Assembly (NCBI GenBank): GCA_050951325.1
Contig: JBMNIW010000001.1
Span: 320,001 to 384,000 of the forward strand
Reading direction: 5' to 3'
Length of the DNA: 64,000 nucleotides
Origin: Clostridia bacterium
GTDB taxonomy: Bacteria > Bacillota > Clostridia > UBA1212 > DUPL01
Below are positions 58,291-64,000 of this stretch, piece by piece (the stretch's first letter is position 1; each line of letters starts with the position of its first letter). Made by a program: the position numbers and the translations under genes. The notes under the pieces are model-generated. The model was not told the DNA's origin and did not search any database. It worked only from the letters and a program-made list of their open reading frames with translations.

Positions 58291-59217
58291 CTATTGTTTC
58301 CTTTGCTTCGAACTGTATTTTTTGCTGCTACGATGAGTGCCGTCATCGTCCGTCACGACGTTACTCCTTTTGAATCTTTCTTCTTGAACGGCCCTGAACT
58401 CGCTCTCCGTAATGATCGGCGGATGACATTCTTTCATTTGGAACTCATATTGCTGTGTTGCGAAATCTAAAAGTGTAACTGTACCTGTGTATTTCTCATT
58501 TTCGAGCATCTTCTCTATAGAACGCTTGCTCCATGTTTCTTTACCAGTAGGAGAAGGGACGCCTGCTAGTGACAGTTTCTTGATGATACCAAGCACGCTG
58601 GCGCCATCCAGATACCATCTAAAAATGTCCCGCACAACCTTAGCCTGTTCATTGTCAATTACAAGGTCCCCATCCTTATTCTTAGAGTAGCCGTACAGCT
58701 TTCGTTTGTAGAGTCCAGATGTTCCATTTGCAGCTTTCATGGCAAGTCCCATGCGGATATTTTCGCTTCGGCTCTCATTTTCAGCTTGAGCAAAAGACTC
58801 CATCACCGAAATCATAAGATTGCTGTCAACCTCATCGGTATCCAAATTTTCTTCTTCAAATATGATTCTGACTCCTGCTGTCTTCAATCGATTGATTGCT
58901 GATAATGTCTCTACAGTATCTCTACCAAATCGACTGATGCTTTTGGTAAGGACAACAGAGATATTGTGCGCTTCACATTCTCTAATCAATCGATCAAATT
59001 CTCTACGTGGAACTTCGCCTTTGGCAGACGCAATATCAATAAATACATCTGCCAGCCTCCATTGACTCATATTCGCAACTGCTCTCGTTAAAGCAGAAAT
59101 CTGTGCTGCGAGGCTATAAAGCTGTTCTTTTTCGTTCGTACTTACTCTGCAGTAAATTCCGACTTTCTTTTCTAAACGGTCATTCTTTACCGGGATATAC
59201 CAGATTTTTGAATCCAC
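58291..59217 (-). CDS. Serine recombinase (catalytic + recombinase domains, no zinc ribbon)
   Basis: YCRVST, KSISRFGR, AQAENESRSEN, LYGY, NEKYTG, HPPIIT. Confidence 0.92.
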   Translation of the reverse strand: MDSKIWYIPVKNDRLEKKVGIYCRVSTNEKEQLYSLAAQISALTRAVANMSQWRLADVFIDIASAKGEVPRREFDRLIRECEAHNISVVLTKSISRFGRDTVETLSAINRLKTAGVRIIFEEENLDTDEVDSNLMISVMESFAQAENESRSENIRMGLAMKAANGTSGLYKRKLYGYSKNKDGDLVIDNEQAKVVRDIFRWYLDGASVLGIIKKLSLAGVPSPTGKETWSKRSIEKMLENEKYTGTVTLLDFATQQYEFQMKECHPPIITESEFRAVQEERFKRSNVVTDDDGTHRSSKKYSSKQRKQ

Positions 59218-59341
59218 AAGCTCACCTCCTGTTTTAATATAGCCTAATTATATCACGTTTTATCGCCAATGATAAGTAGGCAATTATTGCTCATTAAATG
59301 CGTGAAATTACAACATATTGTGTCCGCGTAATCTCTTTCAG

Positions 59342-59404
59342 CTACATATTGCGCGTTATCAATACTACGCACTCAACGTGCAACGAGCGGGGTGGATTGA
59401 TGTC
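59342..59404 (-). other. att-like junction carrying an rlmD/rumA-type 3' end
   Basis: Minus strand GACATCAAT arm, then CAC GTT GAG TGC GTA GTA TTG ATA ACG CGC AAT ATG TAG = HVECVVLITRNM*. Confidence 0.75.
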
Positions 59405-59487
59405 TTTTACATTGTCGGTAGTCGGAAACACGTCATCGCCACTTTTTGCACTATCGGTAGGCGGGAACATATCGACATATATAATAA

Positions 59488-61269
59488 CTACCCTTTCAAA
59501 ACTCTAAACATTTCTTCTTTATGCTTTCTTGCTTTTTCTTCCGTCCATTTTTCATCATCGAAGTTCACCAACTCTTTCATAATCTTGAGTTTCAAACTTT
59601 GTTCTATAATACTTGGATATGAGGTGATTTTTCCCTCTGGTGGTAAATTAGAAAACTTCGAGTTTCCTGACACTGTAATTAATGCGAGGTTGCCAAAGCC
59701 ATCAAGGTCATCTGCTTCCCAGCTTTCACCTTCAACGGGATTTTGAGGTTGAAAGTGTTCAATGGAACTTCTAAATTGGAACTGCCACTCATCATATAAT
59801 GGAGGAATAATTTCCTTGCCCAAGTAAGAATAACCATTCTTATATAAAAGATAATCAAGGTAAGTAAATACGATTCTTTCAAAACCAAATCCACTAGAAT
59901 TCTCAAACTTTGATTCGAAAACTTTTGTTTTGCAGTAATCTTCAAGTATTTCAATAATGTCACATGATTCATTTTCTAATAAGCTTGTTAATATTAATGA
60001 AATCCAATGCATAGTTTTAGGTGATGTGTAGGTTATACGCAAGCAGGATTGCAGAGTTCTTAGTTGTTTATTATTCTGACTATTGTCCTCACCAAATGTT
60101 CCTACATATTTGGGTTTATCACCTTTCCCATCATTATACCTTTCTAAACGTTGTAACGACCATTTCCCAGTTTCTTTATAATCTCTAGCATATTCACGTT
60201 TCAATATATATTTATCAAACAGTACACGGCATTTTAACATATGAAATAAAAAGTTCTTTGCTTTATCAGCGTCCCCCCAGGCCCATGATAAATTATTTAA
60301 GAAATGTTTATCATCAAGGGTTGAATCTTCCTCTTCTAAATTATTAAGTACAGCATTTATCTGAAGTAAAAAATTTGGGAACGAAATAATCGATTCAAAA
60401 CGTTCATTCTCAACTTCATCCTTACTTATTTCATTATTAAAGAGTTTCTTGTTTTTTAGAATCTCAATCAAAGGAACTAAATTATTGTCTTCATCTTCAC
60501 TATGAATAAATTCCTTAATTGTATCAAAATCGTTAATATTATCCCTGATACTAGACCAATCATTTGTAAAAAGATACTTTCTAACACTGGGATCAAAATT
60601 CATTTGTATATACGAGTCCATGTTAGAGCATTTTTCCCAAATCAATGCTGCCGTTTTTTTATCTTGTTCTGTATCCAATACTTCTAAAAATTTTGCTTTT
60701 GCTATTTCATGAAGTTCAAGTTGCTCGCCACGAGTATTCATGATTTCAAAATAATGATTTAAATCTATACCTTGTGGAACTTGTACACGAACAATAAAAA
60801 CACTTTCCAGTTTTTTAGTTAAATCATTTTTATCTATATTATTAGATTTAAAATAGCTATCAATTATTTGATATCCCTTTAAGATTTCAACAGATGCTAA
60901 TTCCTCTATTAGCTCATTCTTGTTTCCTTTGCTTAGCATGTTAAGGGTACGGTTTGATTTTTCCCGTGCTTCAAATCTCAACCCATCTTTAGCAAAATTC
61001 ATACCAAGATAACTTTCTAATAGAAATAGTGTTGTCAACCTCTGTTGCCCGTCTATTACTTCATAAACATTATCATCCCTTTGATTAACAATTAGGTTTC
61101 CAAGAAAGTAATTTTTATTAGAGTCGCCAATAGAGCTATCAATATCTTCTATCAATTGTTCTATCTCCGATACTCCCCAAGCATAGTTGCGTTGATATAT
61201 AGGAACTATATAATGAACATTAGTAAAAATTTTTGATACCGGTATGATTCTTATATTTTTATCCATCAT
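59488..61269 (-). CDS. DUF262 + C-terminal HNH (DUF1524) protein, GmrSD/SspE-like
   Basis: PIYQRNYAW, DGQQRLTT, FEIMNTRG; SIEHFQPQ...GNLALI...NS. Confidence 0.88.
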   Translation of the reverse strand: MMDKNIRIIPVSKIFTNVHYIVPIYQRNYAWGVSEIEQLIEDIDSSIGDSNKNYFLGNLIVNQRDDNVYEVIDGQQRLTTLFLLESYLGMNFAKDGLRFEAREKSNRTLNMLSKGNKNELIEELASVEILKGYQIIDSYFKSNNIDKNDLTKKLESVFIVRVQVPQGIDLNHYFEIMNTRGEQLELHEIAKAKFLEVLDTEQDKKTAALIWEKCSNMDSYIQMNFDPSVRKYLFTNDWSSIRDNINDFDTIKEFIHSEDEDNNLVPLIEILKNKKLFNNEISKDEVENERFESIISFPNFLLQINAVLNNLEEEDSTLDDKHFLNNLSWAWGDADKAKNFLFHMLKCRVLFDKYILKREYARDYKETGKWSLQRLERYNDGKGDKPKYVGTFGEDNSQNNKQLRTLQSCLRITYTSPKTMHWISLILTSLLENESCDIIEILEDYCKTKVFESKFENSSGFGFERIVFTYLDYLLYKNGYSYLGKEIIPPLYDEWQFQFRSSIEHFQPQNPVEGESWEADDLDGFGNLALITVSGNSKFSNLPPEGKITSYPSIIEQSLKLKIMKELVNFDDEKWTEEKARKHKEEMFRVLKG

Positions 61270-62574
61270 CTACCACCTATTCCATTCACAAAGTAAATCA
61301 TACACATCCCTGTACTTCTCTTTGTTTTTATTCTCAATTTTAGGTTGCTCTAAAGAAATGAGTTTTAATTCTTCTCCGTTTTTCATTTCACTGATTTCTG
61401 AAAACATACCTAATCCATAGTTTACGCGTTCATGTTCTCCTCGCACATATTTATTAATTGTCTGTAGATAGACAGCTTCCATAACCAGCCGCAAAGAATA
61501 ACTCCAAGTATATAATTGCTGCATCACAGCTTTAGATAGGTTTTCAATTCCAAAGCGATCAGCAAAAAATAATAGCGCACATTCATATAATTGTTTAATG
61601 TAAAGATCTCCAGTGCGTCTACTCGGAACTTGTTCCTCTGTATGAACTTTACTCACTAATCTTTGTACTTGCTCAAGTAGATTTCTATAATGTAGAGTGT
61701 AATAAAAAAATCGCTTTCCTGCCATAAGAGGCTGTGTTAATTGAAATTGATTTAATGCTCTAGATGCAAGTAATTCATTGCTTCCATTTGCATTAAACTG
61801 TTCTACAAAAAGATTACTTGCTTTATGATAAATCGCATAATTAAATACATTTGTGGTTTTAATCCCTTTGAACACATCTATTTTACTAGATGAATAGCCC
61901 AAACCACTCTTTCCTTTATACCATTGGGTCAATGGGTAAAGATAGATTTTAAATAGGTCATTCAAATCATCTTGGTTTACATTTTCCCATTGGTTGATAA
62001 TCCTTATTTTTTGGTTTTCCTCTTCATCATTCATCTCGCGTAAATGATATGACTTTAATAAATCATGTGGGGCTAACTCCTTACCGCGCGAATTTTGTGA
62101 ATCGAAGAATTGAAAAGCCTCTTGCTCACTGTCTGTAACAATTTGAACTACACTACAACGTTCGAATAAATAATTTTTGTACTTGTTTTGCTCATCTTTC
62201 GGTAGCTCACTTATTCTCTTAGATAAAATTTCATAATTAGTTACAATCACATCGTTAGACAGTTGATTGTATTTTTCTTGTAATAACCCCAGATCCTTCT
62301 CACCTAAACAGTATAGAAGAATCGAAATAGTTGTCAGTCGTTGTTGGCCATCGACAATGTTATACTTTCCGTTTTCTTTATGTAAAATTACTGAACCAAC
62401 TCTATATTCTTGTAAACCTTCATGGTATGCATTATAAGTATCTTGAAAAAGCGTATTTGCAGACTTCACACTCCAACTATACGGGCGCTGATATGGTGGT
62501 AAAGCCAATTTCATATGAAGTAATTCATGAATCTTTCTTATTTTTAATTCATCTTGAAGCAAAGCCACCTGCAA
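61270..62574 (-). CDS. DUF262 domain protein (no recognisable HNH)
   Basis: PPYQRPYSW, DGQQRLTT, FFDSQNSRGK. Confidence 0.88.
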   Translation of the reverse strand: MQVALLQDELKIRKIHELLHMKLALPPYQRPYSWSVKSANTLFQDTYNAYHEGLQEYRVGSVILHKENGKYNIVDGQQRLTTISILLYCLGEKDLGLLQEKYNQLSNDVIVTNYEILSKRISELPKDEQNKYKNYLFERCSVVQIVTDSEQEAFQFFDSQNSRGKELAPHDLLKSYHLREMNDEEENQKIRIINQWENVNQDDLNDLFKIYLYPLTQWYKGKSGLGYSSSKIDVFKGIKTTNVFNYAIYHKASNLFVEQFNANGSNELLASRALNQFQLTQPLMAGKRFFYYTLHYRNLLEQVQRLVSKVHTEEQVPSRRTGDLYIKQLYECALLFFADRFGIENLSKAVMQQLYTWSYSLRLVMEAVYLQTINKYVRGEHERVNYGLGMFSEISEMKNGEELKLISLEQPKIENKNKEKYRDVYDLLCEWNRW

Positions 62575-62590
62575 GTCCCCCCCTGACTAC

Positions 62591-63169
62591 TCAAATCTCG
62601 ATTATGTAATATTTACGACCGTCACTTAAATCCTGCCAGATAAAATCATATCTGCTTGTCAATGCAATGCTATCTTTATTTTTTCCTACACCTGTTGGCT
62701 TAAAAATACAACCGTAAACAGAATATTCTTCTCTAAAAAACCTATATATACCTTCATTGTTGCGCCCTTCATAAAAAGGTCTATCTGAAACAAGAGCAAC
62801 AGCAGCTGTTTTAGTAAATCCTCGGTTCTTAAGCTCCTCCATAAATTTAATATCCTTCACGAACGAATACATCTGTTCTGGATACTGGCCATTTAATGGG
62901 CACTTAAGTTCAATTGCATATTTCTCTGATTTATCTTCATTAAAAATAGTAATATCTACTTCTTTTTTTATAGTTTTATTGTCTGGTGTAAAGTATGATA
63001 CATTTCTTTCAAATTGAATACGATAGTCCGGAAGCTTTTCACGTAGGAATATCCCCAGCTCATGCTGGAGGCTAAACTCATTATAAATTTCAATACTCTT
63101 AGACTGAACAAACAAGAAAAAGTCATCTACTAATTGCATTAAATTAAGCAAAGCCTCCACCCCATACAC
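62591..63169 (-). CDS. Putative PD-(D/E)XK nuclease
   Basis: NEFSLQHEL helix, EVDITI...AIELK, then DIKFME. Confidence 0.6.
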   Translation of the reverse strand: MYGVEALLNLMQLVDDFFLFVQSKSIEIYNEFSLQHELGIFLREKLPDYRIQFERNVSYFTPDNKTIKKEVDITIFNEDKSEKYAIELKCPLNGQYPEQMYSFVKDIKFMEELKNRGFTKTAAVALVSDRPFYEGRNNEGIYRFFREEYSVYGCIFKPTGVGKNKDSIALTSRYDFIWQDLSDGRKYYIIEI

Positions 63170-63222
63170 CCTAATATAATTTATAGTTTTTTATTGCCCT
63201 TCATAATAGTTTTGCTATATCC

Positions 63223-63456
63223 TCAAACCTTCTGATACCTCTGCTGGTTAGATGAGGCCTTTTCAATTGCCTTTATATTACCTTCCATTTTATTTACGTA
63301 GTTTAAAAATAAAGTCCCAAGCAGAAGTCGATCCTTTCTGGGTATTCTATTCCATACATAACCCTTGAACAAATCTTTAACAAGAAAGACTTCACCTTCA
63401 TTCAAGTTTTCAGTTTCCTTAATAGCTTCTTCTAGTAACTCATTAACATCACCCAT
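63223..63456 (-). CDS. DUF1413-like small DNA-binding protein
   Basis: EVFLVKDLFKGYVW...LGTLF...QQRY; AGGAG SD. Confidence 0.7.
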   Translation of the reverse strand: MGDVNELLEEAIKETENLNEGEVFLVKDLFKGYVWNRIPRKDRLLLGTLFLNYVNKMEGNIKAIEKASSNQQRYQKV

Positions 63457-63539
63457 GTTGTCATCTCCTTATCAATAACAATATCAACAACATTGTTAAT
63501 AAGATTATATGCCTTTTACCAATTCCAGTCAATGAAAGA

Positions 63540-63580
63540 AAACCACCAATCAAGAGAATATATCTCCTGAATGGTGGTCA
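63540..63580 (-). terminator. Hairpin after recombinase
   Basis: ACCACCA(A)TCA...TGAATGGTGGT. Confidence 0.5.
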
Positions 63581-63596
63581 TTCATGAAGGTTATGT

Positions 63597-64000
63597 TTAT
63601 ACATCTACTTCTACACCAGATTTAAATTCAATAGTTAGTTTATCATCATAGACCGTTATTTTCTCTATAAGTCTCCTTACTAGCTGCTCATCATATTCCT
63701 CAAGGAGGGTGGATTGTTCATTAAGGAATTTTTCCATATCTTCTAGCCTTTGCTTGGAACCTTTTTTGCCTGCTTCTTCTGCTAAAGCCTTATGCCTTTC
63801 CTCTCTGAGCCTGTAAATCTCATCGGCTATATCGTTATAATCTTCTTTGGAATTGGCCAGTCTCAAAAGGTCTTTTTGTAATTCCTCTAGCTTTTTATCT
63901 ATCTCGGAAACAATATTATTGTCCGTTTCACTTATCACTGTTTCTATATTTTCCTTTAAGATAGTTAAAAAGCCATCCTTTTGCCCTATTAGTTTATTAA
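63597..64000 (-). CDS. Large serine recombinase, C-terminal part (starts beyond window)
   Basis: Coiled coil then EYDEQLVRRLIEKITVYDDKLTIEFKSG, the typical large serine recombinase C-terminus. Confidence 0.85.
   Translation of the reverse strand, partial: NKLIGQKDGFLTILKENIETVISETDNNIVSEIDKKLEELQKDLLRLANSKEDYNDIADEIYRLREERHKALAEEAGKKGSKQRLEDMEKFLNEQSTLLEEYDEQLVRRLIEKITVYDDKLTIEFKSGVEVDV

Overview
AT-rich Firmicutes (Clostridia-like) chromosomal window. The first ~8 kb is an intact sulfur/redox locus: a LysR regulator, a CoA-disulfide reductase-rhodanese fusion, an AsrC-like siroheme sulfite reductase, a FecBCD/Btu-type ABC importer sharing the same LysR box, and DUF362. From ~9 kb onward it is an accessory region, almost all on the minus strand. 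It holds GNATs, CPBP proteases, DUF1801, a TCS with a serine hydrolase, a membrane-LuxR/lipoprotein cluster and an ars operon. It also holds many relics: an orphan T-box, a TnpB fragment, a group II intron fragment, an intact IS30 with a 13-bp target duplication, nested IS1634 pieces and deletion-truncated genes. The right end looks like a stack of serine-recombinase elements. Their junctions are built from the 3' end of an rlmD/rumA-type gene (DMFP.T / HVECVVL), and they carry candidate defence cargo: an SH3/Tudor-like + EVE-like reader next to a Nudix hydrolase, and DUF1413 + PD-(D/E)XK + two DUF262 proteins. All family calls come from motif recognition by eye; no database search was run.
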